The notes: generated by a model not told the origin, from the letters alone. DNA of 26,797 nt from Candidatus Thorarchaeota archaeon (GCA_016839605.1 JAEOTX010000165.1:1-26797); one strand, 5' to 3'. Positions 18,129 to 26,797 are shown, counted from the stretch's first letter. Numbers and translations: made by a program.

Positions 18129-21100
18129 GACACGCCCTCCAAGATTTCTTTCAAATATGGTGCTGTGGGCGTGTCCATCTGAGCTACTTCTCTGGGAGAT
18201 CCAGTGGCGATTACTTTTCCTCCCTTTGGTCCTCCAACAGGTCCAAGCTCCACTAGCCAATCACACGCCGCTAGGACATTTGGATGGTGTTCCACAACAA
18301 TGACAGTGTTGCCTTCTACAACAAGCCGCTGCAGCACACTGACGAGGCGGTCAACATCCTCTAAATGCTGGCCAACAGTAGGCTCATCAATGATGTAGAG
18401 TGTGCCAGACGAGTTCTTCTTTGAGAGTTCTTGTGCAATCTTGAGTCTCTGTATCTCTCCGCCAGATAGTGTCACACTTGGTTGCCTGAGGACCAAGTAT
18501 TCCAGACCCACATCTAATGCCATCTTTAGCTTTCTAGACACTCTTTCATCATCTTTGAATAGCTTGTAGATCTTGCCTAGGGTCATGCTATTTAGTTCTG
18601 GTAGGGAGACTCCCTTGACTCTCACATCCCATGCTTCAGGAGACCTCCCAGTCCCCTTACATGTTTCACACGGTGTGAATACATCTGGAAGGAACCCCAT
18701 CTCAGTCCTTATGCGTCCCCGTCCTTCGCATACCGAACATGGTATTGTGAGACTCTTGTAATTGAGACCTAATGCTTCAGCATCCTCACTCTCAGCATAT
18801 ATCTCTACGAGCGGCTTGAATAGGCCAAGAGCATGCCCAGGGCTACGAATCCCTTTCCGTCCTTGGCCAAGTATCACAACACGGTCTGGCCTCCCTGAGA
18901 TTGATTCGTGATCTCCGGGTTCAAGTGGTACATATGAAACGCTTGTAGTGAATTTCGTGGGGGCAAGGGCTCTGCCAATTGTGTCTATAACTAGAGTACT
19001 CTTCCCAGAGCCAGAGGTCCCGCATATCCCGATAAGGACTCCTAAGGGGAACTCAACTGATACGTTCTTGAGATTGTTTGCCTTTGCACCCTTGATCTTC
19101 ATCCATGCAATCGGGTCACGTGTTTCATCGCTAATAATAGGCACTCTGTCACCACGGAGCCATCGCGCTGTGATTGTGTCTGTCTTAATTATTTCAGGAG
19201 GAGTGCCAATAGCAACAATCTTTCCGCCCGATTCGCCTGACTTGGGACCCATGTCCACTAGAACATCAGCTGCTTTGATGACACCTAGATCATGTTCCAC
19301 GACAATCACTGAGTGTCCTTCATCCCGAAGTTCTCTCAATGCATCAACAAGAGCATCGACCTCAGATGGATGCATTCCTCGCGTGGGTTCATCGAGTAAG
19401 ACAGTTAGAGATGTCAGACCACTGCCCAAGAGCGACGAGAGAATGACTCTCTGCGATTCGCCAGCAGACAATGTGGCGGCCTCTCGATTCAAGTGGAGAT
19501 ATCCTAGACCTACCTTCTCCAGAAAGCCAAGCCGCTTGATTATTCTCTCAAGACTACCTCTAGCAATCTCTCCTTTCTTGGCTAATTTGATGGCACCAAG
19601 GACTTTCCTCAATTCAGAAATTGGAAGTCCATTCAATTCGTTGATAGTCATGCCTCGAAGCTGAATCTTCCGGAATCTCTCGCGAAGCCCGCTACCTTCA
19701 CATGCCTTGCAGGGTTCTCTCTTTGTGTATGTTCCCCCAACATCCCAATCACTGACCCATCGATAGAAACCGCTCCAATGTCCTTTCGAACTTCTCTCGA
19801 CACGTTTTCCTCTGCTAGTTCCAAGATAGGTTATCTCAAGTGGTTCTGGATTGGGGTCTCCGTGTAGAAATGCATTTTGAGCATATTCTGTGATTTCATT
19901 CCAAGGTGTGGTCTTCGGGTCGAATCCATACCGTTCTGCAAATGCATTGAGTGCGCCTCCAGCCCAGCTCGTTGGAGTACAGAAATAGCCCCTTGGGAAA
20001 TACCCTGGAGAGTACATGGCTCCTGCGCAAATTGGTTTATCAGGATTGATTATCAGCTTCTCAGGAATTGGCACCTGACGATGTCCGACACCACTACAGT
20101 CTACACAGGCTGATGTGTATGTTCTCGAAGAGAAGTCCCTAGGCCTCAATAATGGTGTCTGCGTGTGACAAATGGGGCATTCCAATGTTACCTCTCGTTT
20201 CATCATATTGCCGCACTTATCGCAGGGGACTCTCCCAATTGTTGCAAACAATGCAGCAAGGTGATTTGAGACCTCAGTCACAATTCCTACAGTTGTTCTG
20301 ACAGCATAGACTGACCAGAATCCAGCCCCTCTTCGCCGCCTCGATGTAATTGACATCGTCACGCCTAGTCCACTGACTGATTCAACAGGAGCCTCAGGAC
20401 CCTCCTTAGTCCCCTGCCTCTCATATACAGACAGGGACTCATAGTACCTTCGCTCTGCTTCAGCCTGCAGCACATCTCTGACCAACGAGCTCTTTCCAGA
20501 TCCAGATGGACCAGTCACAACGGTTAATTTTCCCTTAGGAATGTCCAGACTAACTGCTTTCAGGTTGTTTGCAGTAGCCTTCTTCACCTGGATGGAATCC
20601 GACACCCGTCCACTCTTTTCAGATTTTGTTCTCGGCGATAGTGTATGTTCTTCTTTTAGCGCACGGGCTGTCAATGATTTCTTGACTTTGCTAAGTTCAG
20701 TTGGTGCCCCGGCAAACAGCAGCTCTCCTCCATCAGGACCTGCACCCACACCAAGGTCAATAACCCAATCAGCAGAACGTACGATGTCAAGATTATGTTC
20801 AACAACAACAATGGTTGCTCCTGCTTCGACGAGGGTATTCAAAACACTCAGGAGACCGTGAAGGTCTGCAGCTGAAAGACCTGTAGAAGGTTCATCGAGG
20901 ATGAGCAGGCTATCTGAGAGCCCTCGTTTTCCAAGGAACTTGGCCAGCTTTACTCTTTGTGATTCGCCACCAGAGAGCTGAGGGGATGGTTGTCCAAGCT
21001 TAAGGTATCCAAGTCCTATAGTAACGAGAGCCCCGAGAATGTTGTTCGCTGACCGCTTCTTATTTTGAGGGAGTCGCTCTTCTTGAGCCAAGAGCGATTG

Positions 21101-23017
21101 AACTTCTTTGATGGAGAGCTGATAGAAGTCAGCTATAGTTAGATGCCTGCTACCAAACTCCACTTTGCTCTCAAGGACTTCAGGATTGAAGCGTTTTCCT
21201 TCACACACTGAGCAAGTGATCCATATAGATGGGAGATACCGCATCTTGACCTCTACAGCGCCCATGCCTTTGCAGGCGGGACACATACCTTCCGGCCTAT
21301 TGAATGAGAAATGAGATGCTGAGAGCTCGGACTCAGATGCGTAGAGGTCTCTCACAATGTCTGATAGTTTCGTGTAAGTAGCAGGATTTGAACGCGGATT
21401 TCTCCCTATTGGCCTCTGGTCCACAAGAACAGGCTTGAGTTGGTCACCCACAATGTCAGCGCATCCAATAGGCTCTTTCTTTTCCAATGAGGGAACAAGT
21501 ACATGTTCTACAAGCGTACTCTTTCCAGAACCAGATATTCCTGTTATGACAGTCAGACGTTTCAACGGTATATGAACATCAATGCCTTTGAGATTGTGTT
21601 TGGCAGCTTCTTTGATGACGAGGAATTCTTCTGGCGAATCCCGCTCACTCTTGATGGGCACGCTCTCGTGGAGACTGAAGTACCTCCCTGTAGTGGTGTC
21701 AGCTTTCCATAGCTCTGCAGGCGTACCAGCGAATACCACCTCCCCACCACTCTCCCCAGCTGCTGGTCCCATGTCTATTGCCCGATCTGCTTCTGCGGCT
21801 GCCATGCGATCATGTTCAACATAGATGACAGGACCTGGAAGTTCTCTAAACGCGGGAAGGAGCTTTTTGACATCAGCAGCACTCTGCCCTATTGTGGGTT
21901 CGTCGAGTACATGCACGACATCTTCCAGTCTATTAGTAAGTGAAATTGCCAAGCGAACCCTCTGACTCTCACCTCGAGAAAGACTTGGAGCTGGACGGTT
22001 GAGTTGAATATATCCAAGTCCTACTCTGAGCAAAGCGTCGAGTCTTTTCACTATCTCAAGCTTTAGTCTATTAGCAGTAGATGGCAGAACAGCTACCCTG
22101 AAGACTTTCCTAGCCTCATCGACTGTGAGTGCCATCAGTTCATCAAAACGGTGATCCTGCCATTTTACCATGGCTGCCTGGGAGTGCATTCCAGTGTAAC
22201 TACACACCTCACAGCCGCCACCACTGCATTCAGCACACTTCATTCGGAAGTGCTTTGGTTCTAGCTCATCCACCCACTTGCCGCACTCACTGCACTCTCC
22301 AGTTCTTGAGAGTCCAATATCTCCAGTTTTTGACTGGACAGCCACAGAATTTGCACCAAGAGCTGGAGCAATCCCCACACTCTCGCGAATCTGCTTTCTT
22401 GTTGCTTTTCCTTTGTATCTTCCAATGATGATCGAAATATCATGCTCTAATAATGGAGCTAATCCCTTCCTTTTCCATGGTTTGCCATCAACTATCAATG
22501 ACTCGATACCAAATTCATTACTAAGGAGATTGAGAATTGTAGAGTGACTTCCAGCGACTCCTCTCATCAATGGTGCAGTGAGTGTGATATCTTCTTTCTT
22601 GGATAGTTTCTCAATTCTCTCAACAATCTCGTCTTCAGTCATCTTTGAGAGTGATGCCCCGCACTGAACGCAGAATCTAGTTCCAAATCTTGTGAATAAT
22701 AGCCTGAGGAATGGATGGATGCCTGAAGCAGATGCTAGAGTTGAAAGCGGATTTCGATTTAGCAGATTCTGCCCAACAGCTACTGTCGGGCCGATGCCTG
22801 TTATGGAATCAACATTTGCAGGAGCAAGTCGGACCGTAGAGCGACCTGCATTAAACACCTCGAGAAATCTCCGACGAGCCTCATGATACATTGTATCGAA
22901 AACAAGTGAAGTCTTTCCAGAACCACTAATCCCCGTGACCACAGTGAGACCATCTTCTATATCAACATCAATGTCTTTGAGATTATTCTCACGGGCTCCG
23001 CGGACTCTGATCTTCAT
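18125..23017 (-). CDS. uvrA: tandem-duplicated (double-length) UvrA-family ABC ATPase
   Basis: Starts KIRVRGARENNLK. Four Walker A motifs (GISGSGKT, GISGSGKS, GPSGSGKS, GTSGSGKS), four signatures (LSRGESQR, LSGGESQR, LSAGESQR, LSGGEIQR), four DEP Walker B motifs with VEH, several CxxC zinc pairs, and PRSNPATY/FSFN. Confidence 0.92.
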   Translation of the reverse strand: MKIRVRGARENNLKDIDVDIEDGLTVVTGISGSGKTSLVFDTMYHEARRRFLEVFNAGRSTVRLAPANVDSITGIGPTVAVGQNLLNRNPLSTLASASGIHPFLRLLFTRFGTRFCVQCGASLSKMTEDEIVERIEKLSKKEDITLTAPLMRGVAGSHSTILNLLSNEFGIESLIVDGKPWKRKGLAPLLEHDISIIIGRYKGKATRKQIRESVGIAPALGANSVAVQSKTGDIGLSRTGECSECGKWVDELEPKHFRMKCAECSGGGCEVCSYTGMHSQAAMVKWQDHRFDELMALTVDEARKVFRVAVLPSTANRLKLEIVKRLDALLRVGLGYIQLNRPAPSLSRGESQRVRLAISLTNRLEDVVHVLDEPTIGQSAADVKKLLPAFRELPGPVIYVEHDRMAAAEADRAIDMGPAAGESGGEVVFAGTPAELWKADTTTGRYFSLHESVPIKSERDSPEEFLVIKEAAKHNLKGIDVHIPLKRLTVITGISGSGKSTLVEHVLVPSLEKKEPIGCADIVGDQLKPVLVDQRPIGRNPRSNPATYTKLSDIVRDLYASESELSASHFSFNRPEGMCPACKGMGAVEVKMRYLPSIWITCSVCEGKRFNPEVLESKVEFGSRHLTIADFYQLSIKEVQSLLAQEERLPQNKKRSANNILGALVTIGLGYLKLGQPSPQLSGGESQRVKLAKFLGKRGLSDSLLILDEPSTGLSAADLHGLLSVLNTLVEAGATIVVVEHNLDIVRSADWVIDLGVGAGPDGGELLFAGAPTELSKVKKSLTARALKEEHTLSPRTKSEKSGRVSDSIQVKKATANNLKAVSLDIPKGKLTVVTGPSGSGKSSLVRDVLQAEAERRYYESLSVYERQGTKEGPEAPVESVSGLGVTMSITSRRRRGAGFWSVYAVRTTVGIVTEVSNHLAALFATIGRVPCDKCGNMMKREVTLECPICHTQTPLLRPRDFSSRTYTSACVDCSGVGHRQVPIPEKLIINPDKPICAGAMYSPGYFPRGYFCTPTSWAGGALNAFAERYGFDPKTTPWNEITEYAQNAFLHGDPNPEPLEITYLGTSRGKRVERSSKGHWSGFYRWVSDWDVGGTYTKREPCKACEGSGLRERFRKIQLRGMTINELNGLPISELRKVLGAIKLAKKGEIARGSLERIIKRLGFLEKVGLGYLHLNREAATLSAGESQRVILSSLLGSGLTSLTVLLDEPTRGMHPSEVDALVDALRELRDEGHSVIVVEHDLGVIKAADVLVDMGPKSGESGGKIVAIGTPPEIIKTDTITARWLRGDRVPIISDETRDPIAWMKIKGAKANNLKNVSVEFPLGVLIGICGTSGSGKSTLVIDTIGRALAPTKFTTSVSYVPLEPGDHESISGRPDRVVILGQGRKGIRSPGHALGLFKPLVEIYAESEDAEALGLNYKSLTIPCSVCEGRGRIRTEMGFLPDVFTPCETCKGTGRSPEAWDVRVKGVSLPELNSMTLGKIYKLFKDDERVSRKLKMALDVGLEYLVLRQPSVTLSGGEIQRLKIAQELSKKNSSGTLYIIDEPTVGQHLEDVDRLVSVLQRLVVEGNTVIVVEHHPNVLAACDWLVELGPVGGPKGGKVIATGSPREVAQMDTPTAPYLKEILEGVS

Positions 23018-23129
23018 GCTTTCGCGCCGCCAGCTCTTCAATCAAGTGTTCAGTATATATCAATCTCTCGAAAACACCGAGTAAGTTGAGTTTGAAAACG
23101 CGTATATGTAAATCCGATATAGAATAATT

Positions 23130-23750
23130 ATGGTCATTCCGTGGTTGAATCTCATCTCTCTACATATCAGCGCCTTTCTTTTCGGCTATCTCTCAATTCT
23201 GAGCACGATGCCTGTGACTCTGGAGGAACAGCGAGGAGAGGAGGCATGGGACTACTGTAGGAGAATTCGCTATTGGTCGTTCGGTTTTGCGGCGATTATG
23301 GTTCTCAACGTAATTCTATGGGCATGGTTTCCTGTACCAGAGCTTAGCTGGCAGCTCAACCCGGATCCCATGTTTGGAATCGTAGTAGGATTGATCATAG
23401 CTATACCTTGTCTTGTGATCTTGATAATAGCAATGCGAGATGCAGGAGCTGAGATGCATGCTCCAGATAAGGAAACGACTCTGCATGGAGGAATCTACAA
23501 GAAAATCAGACATCCAGGTGCTCTGGGGGAAATGCCCCTTTATGTAGTCCTAGCAATGTTTGTCAACTCATTGTTTCTGGTCCTATGGATGATAGTCTAC
23601 GTCAGCATCTACACAGCAATAAACATCTATTATGAAGAGAAAGATCTGGTGAAGAGATTCGGAAGTGACTATATCGAGTATAGAGAGAGAACTCCTGCGC
23701 TTCTACCCGGATTCCGAAGAAAGGGATTAACGACGGAAGACAATATCTAG
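23130..23750 (+). CDS. ICMT/PEMT family membrane methyltransferase (second copy)
   Basis: TM helices plus 'GGIYKKIRHPG' and 'EEKDLVKRFGSDYIEYRERTPALLP'. Confidence 0.85.
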   Translation: MVIPWLNLISLHISAFLFGYLSILSTMPVTLEEQRGEEAWDYCRRIRYWSFGFAAIMVLNVILWAWFPVPELSWQLNPDPMFGIVVGLIIAIPCLVILIIAMRDAGAEMHAPDKETTLHGGIYKKIRHPGALGEMPLYVVLAMFVNSLFLVLWMIVYVSIYTAINIYYEEKDLVKRFGSDYIEYRERTPALLPGFRRKGLTTEDNI

Positions 23751-23769
23751 GATATTTTCACTCTTACCG

Positions 23770-24975
23770 TTAGATGTTGTTTTTCAACTCAGTCAGAACC
23801 CTCGTTTCACTTTCACTGACCTGCTTGAGTAAATCACATACAGGGGTGATGAATTCCGAGAAATCAGAAATCTCGTCCTTTGCCGCGGTGTCAATCAAAT
23901 CGGGAACCTTCTTTGCTCGTTTCCCAACTTTATCGAGTGCGCTCAGTCCATGAGTTTCAAGATCCTGATTGATGGACCACTGAATCTCCCTCAATTCTTT
24001 CAACGCAGAGTACTCTTCAGGGAGAAGTCCAGCCGCAATCTCCTTCCACAGCTCAACTATCGTTTTGAATTCCTCTGCTGCTTGTAGCATATCAGAGCTA
24101 TTCATTAATTCACCTGCTTCCAGCAGAAAATCTCTGTATATCTGTCTGAAGATGGCTCCTCCAGAGCCTCCTGTTTCGATGTATACGTAATGCATCATTA
24201 AGGCATGGACTAGACTTCTTGGGTCTGGAAACATCCTTGGATATTTGACTAGTTCCTTACTCCATCTCACCATTCCTTTCACTCCAACATTGGAGATTGG
24301 AGGATTGAGTAACGCATCCGCATTCTCTCGAATTGCGTCGGGGATTATGTCCTCAAGAGGAGTCAATGATTCAGGGAATACGAACCGCACCATCTGATTC
24401 ATAGCTGGGAATGGAGCGTATTCTGAAGCCCGAGCTTTTTGCAGTTGAGTGAGAGTCATCTCGGTCGTGCCATGGAATCGGTCTGAGATGTAGGCCTTGT
24501 TAGTTGGTTCATCAATTCCGAAAACAAGGAAATTATGTTCGCCAAAATGGTCGTCTTCGCCAGTCAGTAAATGGTCGAGATAGGCCATGTCTACACATAC
24601 AAGCCCTGGCTGGTTTTGCTTCAGTGTATCCTTGAGGAAAATGTGTGCTTTCTTCACACTCTTGGTTAGGATTGATTCAAAGTCGCCACCTAGACGTTTC
24701 GCAGCCTTTCCAAGAATCCCTGGAAACTTTCTGCAGTCTGACCTGTTCATCCCTCCAACTATTGGGTATGGCATTTTCTTCATGAACCAATAGATGAATC
24801 CCATTCCAGCTGAGATTCCTACTAGCATTGGTTCGCTGATGTCATGCCCAAGATGGTGCATCAGTCGCTGCATTGAACTAGTTTGACAGTTTTTGCCATC
24901 GCCAAAGTGCTTGAAGTCGAGCATAATTCTTTCATCTTCAATGCCAGCTGGTTTGAACTCCTTTTTCTTACTCAT
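23770..24975 (-). CDS. BtrH-N / DUF4872-like putative papain-fold peptidase
   Basis: 'KNCQTSS', 'SEPMLVGISAGMGFIYW', 'VDMAYL', 'HFGEHNFLVFGID', 'ISDR' and 'ETGGSGGAIFRQIYRDFLLEA'. SD AGGTGA overlaps the PadR stop. Confidence 0.75.
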   Translation of the reverse strand: MSKKKEFKPAGIEDERIMLDFKHFGDGKNCQTSSMQRLMHHLGHDISEPMLVGISAGMGFIYWFMKKMPYPIVGGMNRSDCRKFPGILGKAAKRLGGDFESILTKSVKKAHIFLKDTLKQNQPGLVCVDMAYLDHLLTGEDDHFGEHNFLVFGIDEPTNKAYISDRFHGTTEMTLTQLQKARASEYAPFPAMNQMVRFVFPESLTPLEDIIPDAIRENADALLNPPISNVGVKGMVRWSKELVKYPRMFPDPRSLVHALMMHYVYIETGGSGGAIFRQIYRDFLLEAGELMNSSDMLQAAEEFKTIVELWKEIAAGLLPEEYSALKELREIQWSINQDLETHGLSALDKVGKRAKKVPDLIDTAAKDEISDFSEFITPVCDLLKQVSESETRVLTELKNNI

Positions 24976-24980
24976 GATAT

Positions 24981-25652
24981 TCACCTGCTACCTTTTCGAA
25001 AGAGAAATCCTGCTTCATCTTTCTCTATCTTCAACACCAGATCTTCTAGCCATTTCCTCTCACATTTCAGTCTGACATGCGGTCTCTCAAACAATGCTAG
25101 AACTACTCCCAAGTGAGCATCCGGTGGAATCTCAGATGCCTTCACTCCTCCAACGATTCGATCAGGGTCAACTTCACGTATTCTTTCTAGGTTTCTAAGA
25201 ACCTCAGCATTGCTACCAAGAAATTGAATCTGCTCGCTTAGATTGGTCAATCGTTTCTTGAGTGAATCCACAGCTTCTTCTTTTGTCAACTGGAAGATTG
25301 CAGACATTCCTAAGTCGAATAGACTGTTTGCTTTTGGAGGATCGACTAAGCATCTCACAATTTGATTCCGAAGCAGGCTAGAGCCTTTCCTGGTGATGGA
25401 GTATGTCTTCTTGGATGGCTGCATCTTCACGTCAGATTTCTGGCCCTTGATTAGACCCTTTATTTCCAGCTCCTTTAGAGCCTTGTATATCGATGAGAAT
25501 TTGATGTCTACCCAGTTCCGATATCCACGTTGCTCTAGAATCTGGTTTATCTCGTAGCCGTATTTCGCCCCTGCTCCGATGAGTGAAAGAACTGCGAGAT
25601 AGGTCGAGGGCAATAGATCTGGTTGCTGCAATTCTGATTTGGTCTGTGCCAT
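24981..25652 (-). CDS. PadR family transcriptional regulator
   Basis: 'VLSLI..GAKYGYEI', 'SSIYKALKELEIKGLI' and 'KKTYSITRKG' wHTH, followed by a C-terminal dimerisation helix 'ERKWLE'. Confidence 0.9.
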   Translation of the reverse strand: MAQTKSELQQPDLLPSTYLAVLSLIGAGAKYGYEINQILEQRGYRNWVDIKFSSIYKALKELEIKGLIKGQKSDVKMQPSKKTYSITRKGSSLLRNQIVRCLVDPPKANSLFDLGMSAIFQLTKEEAVDSLKKRLTNLSEQIQFLGSNAEVLRNLERIREVDPDRIVGGVKASEIPPDAHLGVVLALFERPHVRLKCERKWLEDLVLKIEKDEAGFLFRKGSR

Positions 25653-25670
25653 CGAATCAATCCTGTTGAG

Positions 25671-25718
25671 TATTCTACTAGTATAATAGGATATATTCTA
25701 CTAGTATAATAGGATATA
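25671..25718. promoter_or_regulatory. two perfect 23-bp direct repeats, each containing an 18-bp near-palindrome; putative PadR operator
   Basis: TATTCTACTAGTATAATAGGATA at 25671-25693 and 25694-25716; core TATT-c-TACTAGTA-t-AATA; 18 nt upstream of the PadR start. Confidence 0.7.
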
Positions 25719-25787
25719 AGTCTTCTTCCGTAGGGGGATTCGAGCTTCAAAGCACATAAAGCCTAGATTGGGGAAGACGCGCTTGCC

Positions 25788-26543
25788 TTGACATCAGATC
25801 CAAGAGTGCTCTATCCTGTGTCGTGGATTAGCGAAAGCCAATCTGTGATGGAATATCTCAGCAGACAGATTTCAGTGGATGATGCCGAGGAGTTTCATAT
25901 TGCCGATTTCGCTTCAGGGGAGAATGACAAGATACCAAATTTCATTCATAGAGTGTTACCTGATTTCATTCCAGAATTGGATTTCTCAGCTAGAAGGATC
26001 ATAACATATAGTACCGATCTGCATGGTTTGCGTTTGGATAGTCTCTTTGGATTATTTGAGGAGCAGCGCATAGAGAATCGTTCTAGAGCTGTTCATGCCC
26101 GTCTAGAGAGCATGGTGACTGAAGCATCATTTCGACAGGATCAGGCTGAGTACCTGAATGAGCACCAGCAAGAGCAGACAATTCTAGATAGAAGAATCGT
26201 TGAGGAACAACGTATCGGAGAAGATGCATTCGACCTTGGATTCTTGAACAACGATGTCATAGGCTATTTGTTTGAGTACTACAAGGCATATACTGATGCA
26301 TTGGCTAGTCTCGAGGAGGTTCGAAAGACAATGCGATCAGGTAGCCTTCTAATTGTGACACAACCATGCTCACTCTATCCGGTAGACAATCTGGATGTTC
26401 TCAGTCGTGTGGGATTCTCTTTCATAGAAGGAATTGATGTCGAATTAAAATCTGGAGAAGTTTCACTCATTGGCAAAGATTCAGAATCGGACACACTGAG
26501 CAGAATGGGTCATTACACATATCTGGTTCTAAGGAAGGCTTGA
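25788..26543 (+). CDS. putative class I SAM-dependent methyltransferase-like protein
   Basis: Motif-I-like 'IADFASGE', 'YSTDL', 'DAFDLGF' and 'LEEVRKTMRSGSLLIV'; divergent. Confidence 0.5.
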   Translation: MTSDPRVLYPVSWISESQSVMEYLSRQISVDDAEEFHIADFASGENDKIPNFIHRVLPDFIPELDFSARRIITYSTDLHGLRLDSLFGLFEEQRIENRSRAVHARLESMVTEASFRQDQAEYLNEHQQEQTILDRRIVEEQRIGEDAFDLGFLNNDVIGYLFEYYKAYTDALASLEEVRKTMRSGSLLIVTQPCSLYPVDNLDVLSRVGFSFIEGIDVELKSGEVSLIGKDSESDTLSRMGHYTYLVLRKA

Positions 26544-26603
26544 ATGTTATGAGACTTATATGGGCTACAACCTATTCCCCTGAACTTGATGGGGCGAAAA
26601 TAG

Positions 26604-26797
26604 ATGCGATTTGGGGTACAGGTTGAACCACAGTTTGGTTTCAGTTACAATGATGTTCTTGAGATAGCTGATGCAGCTTTGGGAAATGGGTTTGAAGTAG
26701 TCTGGTTCTCAGACCATTTCATGCTGGATGCAGATGCTACTGACAGAGAGCTTCTTGACCCTTGGCTGTTGATGGCAGCATTGGTCCGTGATAATGC
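26604..26797 (+). CDS. LLM-class (probably F420-dependent) oxidoreductase, 3' truncated
   Basis: Manual translation MRFGVQVEPQFGFSYNDVLEIADAALGNGFEVVWFSDHFM...LLDPWLLMAALVRD contains the LLM 'GF..VW.SDHF' and 'DPW..LAAL' motifs. Absent from the ORF track because it has no stop in the window. Confidence 0.85.
   Translation, partial: MRFGVQVEPQFGFSYNDVLEIADAALGNGFEVVWFSDHFMLDADATDRELLDPWLLMAALVRDN

Noticed and set aside
18129-18260. 44-aa N-terminal extension of the QW-repeat protein
   Set aside because: It overlaps the conserved UvrA C-terminus; ATG 18128 with an SD and the ATGA overlap is the better start.
18948-19664. 238-aa plus-strand ORF and other antisense ORFs inside uvrA, mmsA, M32 and similar genes
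   Set aside because: Antisense shadows of conserved genes with S/P/R-rich, non-protein-like composition.
25671-25718. CRISPR array
   Set aside because: Only two directly abutting copies, with no spacers and no cas genes.

Overview
Gene-dense archaeal window, most likely an Asgard archaeon such as Thorarchaeia. This is an inference from two Rab-like small GTPases, an arrestin-fold protein, a DUF22-type protein and archaeal-style RBS elements. From left to right it holds: a sulfur-relay cluster (partial TusB/DsrH-like gene, DsrE, a 4-TM protein, TusA); DUF22, NIF3-like and radical SAM genes; two tandem paralogous 2-TM microproteins; a canonical Rab-like GTPase, CoA-acylating methylmalonate-semialdehyde dehydrogenase, a ferritin-like protein, a degenerate GTPase and an arrestin-like protein; M32 carboxypeptidase, EamA transporter, thioredoxin, isoaspartyl peptidase and ICMT-family genes; an orphan histidine kinase with about 16 TM helices; a fused double UvrA-like ATPase coupled to a QW-repeat alpha/alpha-barrel protein; and a PadR-BtrH-like operon with a tandem palindromic operator, followed by a methyltransferase-like gene and a partial LLM/F420 oxidoreductase. 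The strongest candidate for an undescribed system is the double UvrA. Its two halves appear to have lost complementary domains (half 1 keeps the UvrB-binding region but lacks the insertion domain; half 2 is the reverse), and it shares an ATGA overlap with a prenyltransferase/cyclase-fold partner. No rRNA, tRNA, CRISPR array or mobile element was recognised. All family calls come from motifs read by eye, not from database searches.
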